NCBI GenBank assembly: GCA_964016885.1
Contig: OZ024740.1
Coordinates: forward strand, 230,764,001 to 230,828,000
Length of the DNA: 64,000 nt
Source of the DNA: Eledone cirrhosa
Taxonomy: Eukaryota
Direction: 5' to 3'
Shown here: one piece after another, positions 28,001 through 38,795 of the stretch
Layout of the letters: every line of letters starts with the position of its first letter
How positions within the stretch are numbered: the first letter of the stretch is position 1
Translations under genes and position numbers: made by a program
Notes under the pieces: model-generated
Seen by the model: the letters and a program-made list of their open reading frames with translations, nothing else
Databases searched by the model: none
What the model was told of the DNA's origin: nothing

Positions 28001-31000
28001 ACCAATATTATTTATACAATAGGGAATAAAATAGATCTACATAGTGTTAACTCGTTACGGTTGAGTCAATAATTTCAGACATGAAATACATTGTTATCGG
28101 TGAAGGAAAGATAAGATTCTAACTGGCTGCGCTCAAAGTGTCCTTAACCCAGTTGACTGTGTTTTTTCCATTTTTAGAATCTCAATTACCGGTTAATGTC
28201 TCAATTACCGGACACGCCTGCACACAGCTGTGGTCAGACTATAGTTATGCTGTCTGCAAGCTCATTCAAATGCATTCACACTGGCTGTCTCAAAGACATA
28301 CAAATATGGCTTATAAAACTTACCAAAATAAAGAGCCTTCCAGCACCTCCTTATCCCCCTCTCCAGCTCCAAACGCCCTCCTGGAGTTCCGAACCGTTCA
28401 TGAAAAGGTTAATAATTGTTTCTACTTTTGGCACAAGGCCAGCAATTATTCCGAGCAAAATAAGAAAGATGACGCTAACAAGTTAGAGAGAGAGAAGATG
28501 GTCACGGACGATTAGAGCAGAGAAGAGCAGTTCAATAAAAATCCCAATATTTGAGGTCTGTGGGTAATCTGGTGACTGGACATGATGGTAAATAAAGCAG
28601 TCACAAAGTGTGGGTAAATATCCAGAAGCATGGAAAATTTAGTTTAAGGAGACAACAAATCGAGGTACAAAAAGTCTTATTAGTTTCACGCTTTATATTG
28701 GAAAGAGGAAAGAAAGTTGGACGTGTCAGGCTTAAGCCCTGCTTCAGGAGCACAAAATAGAAACAGCACCACAAAGGAGATTCAGAAAAATGGTCCAGTA
28801 AAGACAAAGAAAATCGAAAATGAAGATGGAAAACAAGTCAACCATTGGTTAGTCTTGGTAACAAGTTCGAATGCAAAGTGGAGTGTGTGTGTGTATTAGT
28901 GTTGTTATATGTGTGAGTGTAAGTTATGTTTAAACGTGTGTGATTTTTAAAGGTATCATCATCATCATCATCATTTTATGTCCGCTTTTCCCAGCTTGCA
29001 AAGGTGGGATGGGTCTTATTCAGCACAGCATCTCTCCACTTGTCACGGTCCTTCGTCATCTCCCCCGTGAGCTTCAGCGATCTGAGGTCTGTTCTCACCA
29101 CCTCCACCCATGTTTTTCGTGGTCTACCTCTACCACATCTTCCTTCAACTGGCATTTCCTGGCACTTCTTCACCCAACGGTAATCCTCTATGCGCATCAC
29201 ATGTCCAAACCGCAGTCTCCTCTCTCGCACACTACATTCTATCCTTCTCAGACACAGTTTCTCTCTCAACATATCCATGCTGGGTCGTTCACGCACATTG
29301 ATATTGCACATCCAATGGAGCATGCTTGCCTCATTTCTCTCCAGCCGTTGCATAGCCTCTGCAGTTGCTGCCCATGTCTCACTACCATGCAGCATCGCAC
29401 TCCTCACACAGGCATCATATAACCGGCTTTTGTACACAGGGAGAAACCCTTCTTCGTCAGCAGAAGAAGCAGCTCCCTAAACTTCTTCCAACCCATCCTT
29501 ATTCTAGATACTATGGCCTCGGAACCCCCCCCCCCCATCCCATGCTAATCTGATCTCCTAGGTACCAGAAGCAATCAACCGTTTCTATAGCACCCACCTG
29601 CATTTGAAAAATGTGTCTATCAATGCAACTTCTACTGTCTAATTTCCCTGTACATCTACTGCATATAATTTCTCCCTACTTGTTAGTTTGCCTGCTATCC
29701 CACTACATCTCTTGTGTACCCAGGATCTGCATTGTGTGCATTTTATAGAATTTACGCCAGTTCCTTTTCTGCATATCGAACATGGCCATTTCCCTGACGG
29801 AATCAGAGTTTTGTCCTCTTTTCTACTCATCAACACTTTTGTCTTAACTAGGTTCACTCTCAGTCCTCTTGATTCCAACTGCTGTTTCCATAGCTAGAAT
29901 TTATTCTCTAGCTCCTCTACTGATTCTGCTATAAGAACCAGATCGTCAGCATAGAGAAGTTCCCATGGACAGCCAGTCTTAAACTCCTCTGTTATAGCTT
30001 GGAGGACTATAATGAATAAGAGTGGGCTGAGGACTGAACCTTGATGTACTCCTACTTGTATCTGGAATTCCTCACTAAACTCCATTCCTACCCTGACTTT
30101 ACTGACAGCACCTCTGTACAAAGTTTGCACCGTCCTCACAAGCCATTCCTCAACACCTAGTTTCCTTAGGGACCACCAGATGACAGATTGGGGTACCCTA
30201 TCAAAGGCCTTCTCTAGGTTAACAAAAGCTAAGTATAGTGGCTTATTTTTCTCTAAGAACCTCTCTTGTAATTGTCTCACCAAGAAGAGGGCATCTGTTG
30301 TACTTTTCCCAGACACAAAACCAAACTGCATCTCATCTAGTTCGACCCTTTCTCTAATTAGTTGTGCTAATATCCTTTCTGCCACTTTCATAACCTGATC
30401 CATCAATTTTATACCCCTATAATTGCTCCTCTCCAGAGCATCCCCTTTACCTTTGTAGCAATTTATGAGAAAACTGCTGCACCAGTCTTTGGGTATGACA
30501 CCGCCATATATAGCCTGATTGATGATGTGTGCAACCAGTTTCGTGCCTACGTCCCCTGGTGCCTTCAGCATCTCAGCAACTATCCCCGACGGTCCAGCAG
30601 CCTTACCATTTTTCTTTTCCTTAATCGCTTCTTGGAACCTATATTCGTCAATCTCAATAGCTGGTCCCTCTGTCGGATCTACTGAGGGTAATTTCTCTCT
30701 CTCCCATTCGTTCTCCACATTCATCAGTCTCTCATAATGACATTTCCAGGCCTCCTTTTTCCGATCATTCGTGACACTAAGTACACCGGCATCATTCCGG
30801 ACACATTTATCTCCAACAACATCCTGATTTGCATTGACACACTGCCTTGCAATGTGGAACACTGCACGCCTCTGATCTTCCCGTTGCAGAACATTGGCAA
30901 ACCTCCTACTCTCAGCCTCCCTGCGTGCTAAGTACACCTGACATCTAGCTTCTCTCTTAGCGGCTGTATATCCTTCCCTACTCCGACCATTTTTCTAAGC

Positions 31001-31527
31001 CTTCCATGCTAGTCTTTTGTCTCTAATGGCCCTATCTACCGTGCTGTTCAACCACCAGGTCACTCTCTATTTGGTTGAAGCTCTGCCCCGACCACAAGTT
31101 TCATCAGTAGCCTGCAGTAAGTTGTCATGTAAGAAATTCCAGTTATTATCTGTCATACGACTCTAAATCGTTTTCTTTTTCATCATACACATCTTGACGG
31201 GCTTTCCTAAATTTGTATTTTAGTGAAAGGTCTTTTAGCTTCCAGACCTTTATTCTCCACACCTTCCTGTATGTCTCATTCCATCTCTTGCTTACTGAGA
31301 TATCACTAACGACTAACCTATGCTGTGGGTACATTCTTCCCCAGGGTATGCCTTGGTATTTGACACCATCTGCCTGTCCCACTGCCTAACAAGTAAGAAG
31401 TCAATCTGGCTTATGTGCTCGCCTGATTTGTAGGTTATTAGGTGGTTGGCAGGTTTCTGGAAGTTAGTGTTGCAAATGGACAGTGTACTTGCATCACATA
31501 TATTGTGTAAATTAACAAAGATAGTGA

Positions 31528-31583
<56 letters not shown>

Positions 31584-34500
31584 TCACACACAAAAAGCTT
31601 CATGCAGTTTCCACCTACCAAATTCATTCACAAGGCATTGGCAAACCAAGGTTATAGTAGAAAAGACTTAACTAAGCTACCATGCAATGGAATAGAACCC
31701 AAGACAAAACATCTTAACCTCATAGTCCTACCTGCACCTGTAACTTAGATAATATTCTTGAGAACTACATGCCTGTCACACAATCTCATATCTTCTACAA
31801 ATCTGAGAACCTGTGCTTATGTAACAAATCAATGTTTACTATCTAAAGGAAAATAATTCATACGAGAAAAAAAAATTAAATAGGACAGCAAGTAGTATTA
31901 TCTCGTATTCCCAAACCTTTGTGTCTAAGTAAATTACCAACAGGAGATAACAAGTTACTTATCATTTTGAGTAATTACATTGTAGAAGAGTCATTTTAAA
32001 CCATTCAAAAACATACAAAAAAATAATAATTTAACTTCACTTAACACATATTTTTTGGTGTCAAAATCTATGCCACACTGTTTGTGATTTGGTCACTGAC
32101 AAAGTATTACTGGAAATTAGTAAATTTAACAAGCTTCGTGTGTGTGTTTAATGGCTAAAATAATTGTTCTATGATGTAATTGTTTTAATTTCAACACACG
32201 GTCTCAGATCAAGTTACTTGCCTGACAAATACAACTCTGAAATATAATTTTTTTTTTAGTTTACTTAGAGTTTTCTTTGCCTTTTCTGGTTGCTTGAGTT
32301 CTGAATGCCAATTTAAAGGGGGCAGACTTCTAGAATTCTTGAGTCGTCTTCTCCTTTGCCAACATATTCCTGAGAGGATTGTGGGGGCAGTTTCCTCAAA
32401 CACCCCTTCCAGCGAGTTCTGTCAGAAACAACTGTCTTCAATTGATCTGGCTAGATTCCCAAGTTAGATCAGCTGAGCTCACTGATGTTATCCAACCATC
32501 TTGCTCAGAGTCTACCCCTGGGATTCCTGCCAGTTGCGTTTTGCCTGAAAAATTTGTCCAGCAATTCTTTCCTGGGACATTCTAACATGTACGTAATATC
32601 AAAACTGTGATCTCTCAATTCAGAAAAGTAGCAGCTCTACCTGGAGTGACTCTCTGATCTCCAGGCTATGCACTCTATTGAATAACATTACTCCAAAGAC
32701 CCATCAGAGGAACCCCATTTTGGCTGCTTGTATTTGCAATTATATTCTTTTGGTAATGCTCAAGTAAAAAATCATAAATATTGAATTATGTTCACTGATC
32801 TCTCTTATTTTCACCTTTTTGGTCGTAATGCCTTGAATGAATAGAGACAACATAAAATAGTGAGGACTCTTTAGTATTGCATAATAGAGGACAACCTCAC
32901 CGGTGATGGTGCTACAATAAAATGTCCCCAATACACTGTGTAAAGGGGTTAGAAGTCAAACATGATGCAGGGTCAAGAGGAAGATATAACCTCTCTAGTG
33001 CTGGTGCCATAATAAAATTCACCCAATACACTCTGTAAAGTGGCTGATGATCAAACAGAGACAACATAAGACACAGAGGACTCTTTAGTCATGTTGAATA
33101 ATTGGCAACTTCTCATCTGGTACACTTGGTATAATGATTGGCATCCAGCCGTAGAAACTATGCTAAAAAAGTAGACCAAATAATTCATCTAGGACAGTAA
33201 CTCCGAAGAACTGACTTAAACCGGGATGACCTGTTCAACTGATACCAGTAGGGAAAGTGGACATATAATAGTGATAAAGATGGTGATATACATATCATCA
33301 TCATCATTATTCTACATCTGTTTTTCCATGCTTGCATGGGTTGGACAGTTCTTTTCCAACAAAGCATCCCTCCACTTGTAGTTCTTCATCATCAGCTCTC
33401 ACAATCTCTGCCCAGGTTTTCTTTGGTGTGTCTCTACTGCAGCTTCCTTCCACTAGGATTTTTTGGTACTTCTTCACCCAACATTCATCATCTATACACA
33501 TAACATGTCCTTACCAGTGCAGTCTTCTCTCCCTCGCTACATCTGATATTTTTAATACCCAACTTTTCTTTCAGCTCATCCATGCTTTGTGGTTCACACA
33601 CATTAACTCTGCACATCAATTGGAACATTCTAGCATTAACCATCACCATCACCAGTGTGCCCTACCAGCGATGGCTGTAACAATATATTTGTGCCCTCTG
33701 CTGGGCTTTTTAGTATATCCCTTTGACAACGGGCATGTGACAACCTCTTTAGTACTAGTGCCACAATAAAATGCACTCAGTAATCCTGTAAATTGTTAGA
33801 GTTTGTGTGCCTTGATAGAATATACCAAGTCAACTGTGTCAAGTTGTTGTTCTGGTATCGCAAAAACAATGCACCCAGTAAACATTCTAAGTGGTTATGT
33901 TAGGAAAGGCATCCAGCTATAGAAACCATGCCAAACATGTAATATATGGGCAAGATGAGGTCACTTCAATGTCTGGTCTCGGACTATGACACCTGTCCAA
34001 TGTGGAAAGTGGGCGTAAAATGAGGATTGTTAGATTTTAAAAATTTAATACTAGAATTTATTATAACTTTTCAATTCCAATTATTTGCGCCAAGCTGACT
34101 TTGATATGTAAATTTGCTGGTTTGCTGTGTATTCTAATTTTTTGGTGTATGAGGGGCCCTCTAAGATCTAAATCCAGCCCTGCTATCACTATCATCATTT
34201 AATGTCCATTTTTTAACCTTGCTGGCATGTATTGGTTAGTCATTACAGACCAACCAAGCTAGTATTTAATTGGAGCTGCTGTCCACCCTAACTATCTATG
34301 AACTATGTTTGGTTTTGGAATGGTTCCTACAGCTGGATGCCTGAAGAAATAAAATGAAATTAAAAAAAAAATCATACAAAATGTGAACTGATAAATGTTT
34401 CAAGTATATCACCTTGTGTGTGCGTTCAAGTTCTTCCTCTCCAAGAAGGGGCTGAATGGACTGTTCATATTTATGCAGAGTCTGTTCTAAAGGTGGAACT

Positions 34501-34616
34501 GGGAGAGATGGTAGAGATTCTTGAACAGTAAATTCCTTTAATGAGGCTAGCGAACGAACTGCATATTTGCCAGGCTGGAGCATTTTGGAATACACCACTC
34601 TCCTCACAAAGGTGAA
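1954..34616 (-). CDS. CRAT: Carnitine O-acetyltransferase-like gene, partial (9 coding exons, 1193 nt; first exon not found, 3' exons probably outside window)
   Basis: Exons join in frame with GT-AG sites. Translation has LPSLPVPPLEQTL, NWLSQWW, PLCMQQYY, MLHGGGSEMNSGNRWFDKTLQ and YEHTSAEG, matching choline/carnitine acyltransferases and closer to CrAT than ChAT. Confidence 0.9.
2850..3500 (-). mobile_element. Old degenerate RTE-like LINE RT fragment
   Basis: With frameshifts, the minus strand reads approximately YACFINL.KAYDCV...LLVALMSLY...LHQG..PSPLL. Confidence 0.6.
5283..5941 (+). mobile_element. 3' end of RTE LINE family A with internal ~120-bp tandem duplications and (GAT)n tail
   Basis: Homologous to the ORF end and 3' UTR at 25824-26270 and 38796-39333. 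Confidence 0.8.
6125..6225 (-). CDS. CRAT: CRAT catalytic exon (VIVGHDGISGLNYEHTSAEGVVLVSLIDHVLDY)
   Basis: Acceptor gtatttctAG, donor GTatgt; 101 nt, phase 0/2; catalytic His in EHxxxEG. Confidence 0.93.
6440..7550 (+). mobile_element. Degenerate RTE-clade LINE (RT to 3' region)
   Basis: Remnants RQGCILSSLLF, LYFADDIA, FTYLGS, FHQRCLHKILKVTWRD, with stops and frameshifts. Confidence 0.8.
7576..8200. repeat. 21-bp minisatellite (GAAATTAAAGTTGACGATGAC), ~29 units
   Basis: Visible periodicity; produces repeat ORFs in several frames on both strands. Confidence 0.93.
9321..9502 (-). CDS. CRAT: CRAT exon (KKNQLS...ICLD...NSGNRWFDKTLQ)
   Basis: Acceptor ttttatttcAG, donor GTaact; 182 nt, phase 1/0; NRWFDK signature. 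Confidence 0.94.
9895..10828 (-). mobile_element. 5'-truncated RTE LINE family A
   Basis: FRYLGD...LYDACIRTAMLHGSETW...RRLRWYGHVMRM, then 3' UTR and (GAT)n tail; close to the 26213 copy. Confidence 0.9.
10950..11140 (-). mobile_element. tRNA-derived SINE (related copies ~8630-8780 +, ~11970-12180 -, ~13860-13990 -)
   Basis: A-box-like TGGCAGTATCGG and B-box GAGTTCAAATCC; shared body ...TTTGCCTTTCATCCTTACGGGGTCGATAAAA. Confidence 0.7.
11245..11428. repeat. 39-bp minisatellite, ~4.5 units
   Basis: ATAGACCTCACTGAAGAGATACAGG recurs at 11283, 11322, 11361, 11400. Confidence 0.88.
11450..11790 (+). mobile_element. Degenerate RTE-like 3' ORF fragment
   Basis: RKLRWHGHFTR...KTIQQGIVEG remnant. Confidence 0.6.
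12296..12467 (-). CDS. CRAT: CRAT exon (LFSLQVY...PIGILTTENRNVWAKVYKKMMK)
   Basis: Acceptor tatattttAG, donor GTattt; 172 nt, phase 0/1; GILTxxxRxxW motif. Confidence 0.92.
14079..14238 (-). CDS. CRAT: CRAT exon (NKLPLDKVGEQPLCMQQYY...ISNNH)
   Basis: Acceptor tttatcttcAG, donor GTaggt; 160 nt, phase 2/0; PLCMxQY and CRIPG motifs. Confidence 0.92.
14290..14575 (+). mobile_element. RTE LINE family B-like 3' fragment
   Basis: LHWYGHVMRMDNDQWVKKC...; ends in (GAT)n. Confidence 0.8.
16320..17350 (+). mobile_element. 5'-truncated non-LTR retrotransposon with restriction-like endonuclease (CRE-like)
   Basis: GC-rich; LPVRYGGLGLR, SGAWLHALP, RLGL, C-x-C...H-x3-C knuckle, RH, KRPDG...WDATC...K...PLAVETFG. 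Confidence 0.82.
17900..18125. repeat. ~48-bp degenerate tandem repeat, ~4.5 units
   Basis: GACTAGATACTTTTTATCGTGGCACCAGTATGACCATCTTACAGG-like unit recurs. Confidence 0.75.
19500..19553 (-). CDS. CRAT: CRAT exon (IAAKMISGILDYKIMID)
   Basis: Acceptor tttattAG, donor GTaagt; 54 nt, phase 2/2; similar to CrAT FAAKLIEGVLDFKVMID. Confidence 0.9.
19680..20295 (+). mobile_element. Degenerate RTE 3' fragment with internal duplication
   Basis: NEASMLR...LREKLGIR...RRLHLYG; (GAT)n tail. Confidence 0.75.
20441..20559 (-). CDS. CRAT: CRAT exon (LSQWWLHYGYLSVRSPVVINSNPG...GQL)
   Basis: Acceptor ttattgcAG, donor GTaagt; 119 nt, phase 0/2. Confidence 0.92.
21200..21730. repeat. Pyrimidine-rich degenerate tandem repeat (~75-80 bp)
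   Basis: CACATGACCCAACCATTTCATTCCATTTCTCTTCACA-like unit recurs about 6 times. Confidence 0.65.
22477..22557 (-). CDS. CRAT: CRAT exon (VIEDFKKEVGPKLQTLLKERAKSADNW)
   Basis: Acceptor ttttattttAG, donor GTaaga; 81 nt, phase 0/0. Confidence 0.9.
23087..25500 (-). mobile_element. Decayed Penelope-like element (Neptune-like), RT plus C-terminal GIY-YIG
   Basis: GVAKGTRIGPSYANLLVG, WYIDDCF, FHPALKFT, SISYSQFLRLR, FSCTS, IYLGQTSRCLANRFAE, PISRHF; many frameshifts. Confidence 0.85.
25824..28005 (-). mobile_element. 5'-truncated RTE LINE family A, RT frame open (ORF 26213-27874), ~390-nt 3' UTR, (GAT)n tail
   Basis: NYRGIKL, QFGF, FVDLEKAFDRV, GVHQGSVLSP, LLYADD, FRYLG, RRLRWYGHV. Confidence 0.95.
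28955..31505 (-). mobile_element. RTE LINE family B, 5'-truncated within the AP endonuclease, frameshifted
   Basis: APE C-terminus ICNTNFQK...SQIDFLL; RT GVHQGSVLSP and LYADD; (GAT)n tail. Confidence 0.93.
33292..33630 (-). mobile_element. RTE 3' fragment
   Basis: CWVKKYQKILVEG...KKTWAE; (GAT)n tail. Confidence 0.75.
34413..34616 (-). CDS. CRAT: CRAT exon (FTFVRR...LPSLPVPPLEQTL...ERTHK)
   Basis: Acceptor ttctcttttctAG, donor GTgata; 204 nt, phase 0/0; LPxLPVP family signature. Confidence 0.88.
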
Positions 34617-35429
34617 CTAGAAAAGAGAATAACAAAAGAATCATATAGCATTATATGATAGGACTGGGGTCCCTATCATTAAAACACCTAAGAGAACACC
34701 TTTGAGATGCAACCCTATGGGTCATATGGCATTATAAGAAAAGACTAGGGCCTTTGTCATTAAAACAACCACATTGCATTTGAGATGCAATGTCATGGGA
34801 GTCTAGCTAAAATTACAATCAGTATAAGCTATAAAACCACCACCAATACATGACATGACTCATGCCCCTGTCATTAAAACACTTCAAAAACTTCTTTTGA
34901 GAAGTAACTTCGTAAAATATTATGTCCACCATATTTTACAAAAAAGATAGTAACTTTTAAGTTATTTGATTTTACAAATCTTTTTATACAGACGAAACAC
35001 TATGATGGAAATATGAAAAAAAAAAGATAAAAACAAAATTAAGTGATAAACAGAAAGGGTAAGGGGTATAGAAGGGCAAACAGCTATTTCTGGTTAGGCA
35101 AATATAAAATCACCTTTCTATTAGCATTTTACTGGTATGTATTTTCATAACTCTGAAATGTAAAGGATTAATGTCAGCATGACTGGCACATCTGGAATGT
35201 AATATGAGAGAAGCATTCTCTACTTGTCTGGGTTATAAATACTGTTGAAAATGAGAGCAATGCGAGATCCTCATGAGGTTAGTTGGGTTAAAAGCTAAAA
35301 GGAACACAAACAGTTTAACAAAGCGATGAAAATGAACAGATAGATACAAAATATTAGATAGAGATGTGAATATACAGACAAAGTAAGCAATGAATAAATA
35401 TATAAATATATATTCTTTTTGTTGTGTCA

Positions 35430-36023
35430 CCGACACAGTGGACGGAAATGGGAGGATGGGGTAGGGTGTGTGGGTGGGGTGTATATTGGGTTAAGAGGTG
35501 CCTATTGACTGTAGGTTTGTATGCAAGGGAAGGCGGGTCTTCTGTATGACTGCATGGCGGCAAAGATCCCGATCCAGTGACATTGTCTTAGAGAGGTGTA
35601 AGTGAGCAAGGTCAGTTTTTACCACCTCGTCCCAGGTTTTTCTTCGTCTACCCACTCTGTAGCTTCCATCAATTTTCATTGCTCTGCACTTTGTTATACA
35701 GCTGTCGTCCTTCATACGCATCACATGGTCATACCAACGCAATCTCCTCTTCAGAATACAACATTTGATACCTCTTATGCTTAGTCTCTCTCTCAATTCG
35801 TTTATAATTCACCGTTTGCACACATTATTATTACACATCCATCGGAGCATGCAAGCTTCATTTCTTTCTAATCCATGCAAGTCTTCAGCACACAACGTCC
35901 AGGTCTCACTACCATGTATTATTACCATTCGTATATAAGCATCATACAATCTGCCTTTCACTTTTAGAGAAAACCCCTTGTGGCCAACAGCGGTATTAGC
36001 TCTGAACTTTTTCCATCCCGTTC
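35430..36023 (-). mobile_element. RTE family A 3' fragment
   Basis: RRLRWYDHVMRMKDDSCI...KTWDEVVK. Confidence 0.82.
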
Positions 36024-36124
36024 ATCATACATATATATATATATATAACAAATAAAGTGTGGTAAGAAACCAGGTGGACCATAACGCACCAGAGTACTTG
36101 ATACTTAGGGTAGCAGAGTGGGTA

Positions 36125-36248
36125 ATAGGAAAAGAGTCAGGACCCCGGCAGCTGAGCTCCGGCCGTTTCAACAGCTAGATCCAAACTGTTCAGATCTAGC
36201 TGTCAAAACGGCCGGAGCTCAGCCGATGGGGCCTGACTCTTTTCCTAT
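36125..36248 (-). other. GC-rich ~55-bp stem-loop between (TA)n runs
   Basis: Arms 36125-36181 and 36193-36248 are near-perfect reverse complements. Confidence 0.8.
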
Positions 36249-36264
36249 ATATATATATAAGTTG

Positions 36265-36548
36265 TGGTGTGCAGGAGAGAAGATTGAGATGGTATGGACA
36301 TGTGATGTGCATGGATGATGACCGCTGGGTAAAGAAGTGCCAAAAAATCCCAGTAGAAGGAAGACGCATTAGAGGAACACCACAAAGAATATGGACGATG
36401 GTGGTGAGAGCAGAGCACAGATCGCTGAAACTCACGGAGGAGATGATGAAGGACCATGACAAGTGGAGAGATGCTGTGCTGAAAAGGATCTGTCCCACCC
36501 TTGCAAGCAGGGAAAACCGGACGTAAAATGATGATGATGATGATGATT
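36265..36548 (+). mobile_element. RTE family B 3' fragment
   Basis: ERRLRWYGHVM...; ends CCCACCCTTGCAAGCAGGGAAAACCGGACGTAAAA(TGA)n. Confidence 0.85.
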
Positions 36549-36562
36549 ATATATATATATAT

Positions 36563-36900
36563 CATTCATCATTTCATTTTACATCCGCTTTTTCCCTGCT
36601 TGCAAGGGTGGGACGGAAACTGATGCTGGCTTGATTTCTACAGCTGGATGCCCTTCCTAACACCAACCTCATTTACAGTGAGTGCTGGGTGCTTTTTTGC
36701 CATGGCACCTCCACGACCATTTTACAGTGGAATGATATGGACCGCAGTCCCTATCATCTCATTTCTACAGCTGAGTAAACTGGAGTAATGTGAAATAAAG
36801 TATCTTGCTCAAGGAAACAACACATCAGCCGGTCTGAGAATTGAACACACAACCTTTCGATTGCAAGGCCAATGCTCTAACCACTAAGCCATGTGCCTCC
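36563..36900 (-). mobile_element. tRNA-derived SINE with CORE-like domain and RTE-derived tail
   Basis: A box TGGCTTAGTGG, B-box-like GTGTTCAATTC; CORE-like CCTTGAGCAAGATACTT...CAGTTTACTCAGCTGTAGAAATG; 3' end shared with RTE family B. Confidence 0.85.
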
Positions 36901-36902
36901 TA

Positions 36903-37012
36903 CACACATATATATATATGCATATATATATATGCATATATATATATGTATATGTATATATATATATATGCATATATATATATATGTATATATATATGTA
37001 TATATATATATG

Positions 37013-37066
<54 letters not shown>

Positions 37067-37324
37067 TGTATATATATATGCATATATATATATATGCATA
37101 TATATATATATGCATATATATATATATATATGCATATATATATATATGCATATATATATATATATATGCATATATATATATATGCATATATATATATGCA
37201 TATATATATATATGCATATATATATATGCATATATATATATATGTATATATATATATGTATATATATATATATGCATATATATATGCATATATATATATG
37301 CATATATATATATATGTATATGTA

Positions 37325-37364
<40 letters not shown>

Positions 37365-37746
37365 TATATATATATATGCATATATATATATATATATATA
37401 TATGCATATATATATATGCATATATATATGCATATATATATGCATATATATATGCATATATATATGCATATATATATATGCATATATATATATGCATATA
37501 TATATATATGCATATATATATATGCATATATATATATATGCATATATATATATGCATATATATATATATGCATATGCATATATATATATGCATATATATA
37601 TATATGCATATATATATATATGCATATATATATATGCATATATATATATATGTATATATATATATATGCATATATATATATATGTATATATATATATATG
37701 CATATATATATATATGTATATATATATATGCATATATATATATATG

Positions 37747-37778
<32 letters not shown>

Positions 37779-37938
37779 TATGCATATATATATGCATATA
37801 TATATATGTATATATATATGTATATATATATGCATATATATATATGTATATATATATGTATATATATATATGTATATATATATGTATATATATATATGTA
37901 TATATATATATGTATATATATATGTATATATATATATG

Positions 37939-37970
<32 letters not shown>

Positions 37971-37973
37971 TAT

Positions 37974-38055
<82 letters not shown>
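36903..38055. repeat. Interrupted (TA)n microsatellite, ~1.15 kb
   Basis: TA runs punctuated by TG, TGCA and TGTT. Confidence 0.97.
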
Positions 38056-38060
<5 letters not shown>

Positions 38061-38118
38061 ATATTAAAAAAATAATGAATAAAACAATGAAACAGTTCCT
38101 TATATTAAACAAAAAAAG

Positions 38119-38268
38119 TTCATTATTTAACGATCGTTTCTAGGACATATATGTGTTAGAATTGGCATGCATATTCAACAGATCTATGTACAAAATTATA
38201 CAAAATTATAAAAACTATCAAATTTAATATACATACCAACACATATATATGCAGTCTTCAGAAATAAT
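38119..38268 (-). ncRNA. Type I hammerhead ribozyme candidate (mini-element left arm)
   Basis: attattt-CUGAAGA-long stem II-GAAAC GAUC GUU-aaauaau on the minus strand. Confidence 0.7.
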
Positions 38269-38416
38269 TATTTCTGAAGACGGCATATATATGTGTTGGT
38301 ATGTATATTAAATTTGATAGTTTGTATAATTTTGTATAATTTTGTACATAGATCTGTTGAATATGCATGCCAAATCTAACACATATATGTCCTAGAAACG
38401 ATCGTTAAATAATGAA
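38267..38416 (+). ncRNA. Type I hammerhead ribozyme candidate (mini-element right arm)
   Basis: CTGAAGA at 38274-38280; GAAACGATCGTT; 7-bp stem I attattt/aaataat. Confidence 0.72.
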
Positions 38417-38658
38417 CTTTTTTTGTTTAATATAAGGAACTGTTTCATTGTTTTATTCATTATTTTTTAAATATTTTATCTTGACTCTGTATTCCGTTTA
38501 TCTTTCACCGAAAGTGATTTTTGAATGCATCTCTTCTTTCCATGATATCCGGATTACATTGAGTTCTTCATACGGATTGGACACTACCGTAAACTCTTGG
38601 TAGATTTATCTACATATATATATATATATATATGTTTATATATATATATATATATGTT

Positions 38659-38691
<33 letters not shown>

Positions 38692-38694
38692 GTT

Positions 38695-38725
<31 letters not shown>

Positions 38726-38728
38726 GTT

Positions 38729-38759
<31 letters not shown>

Positions 38760-38795
38760 GTTTATATATATATGTTTATATATATATATATATAT

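Larger units (their letters stand above)
38056..38616. mobile_element. Non-coding palindromic Penelope pseudo-LTR remnant (two inverted hammerhead-containing arms plus ~137-nt tail)
   Basis: Arms 38056-38267 and 38268-38479 are near-perfect inverted repeats homologous to ~58234-58439; tail 38480-38616 is homologous to 58440-58576. Confidence 0.9.

Noticed and set aside
1954-34616. Choline acetyltransferase or CPT assignment
   Set aside because: WLSQWW...SPVVINSNPG and MLHGGGS.NSGNRWFDKTLQ match CrAT better; phylogeny would be needed for certainty.
36125-36248. Hammerhead in the GC hairpin (GAAACGGCCG on minus)
   Set aside because: The upstream motif is CUGAACA rather than CUGANGA, and no UH follows the palindrome.
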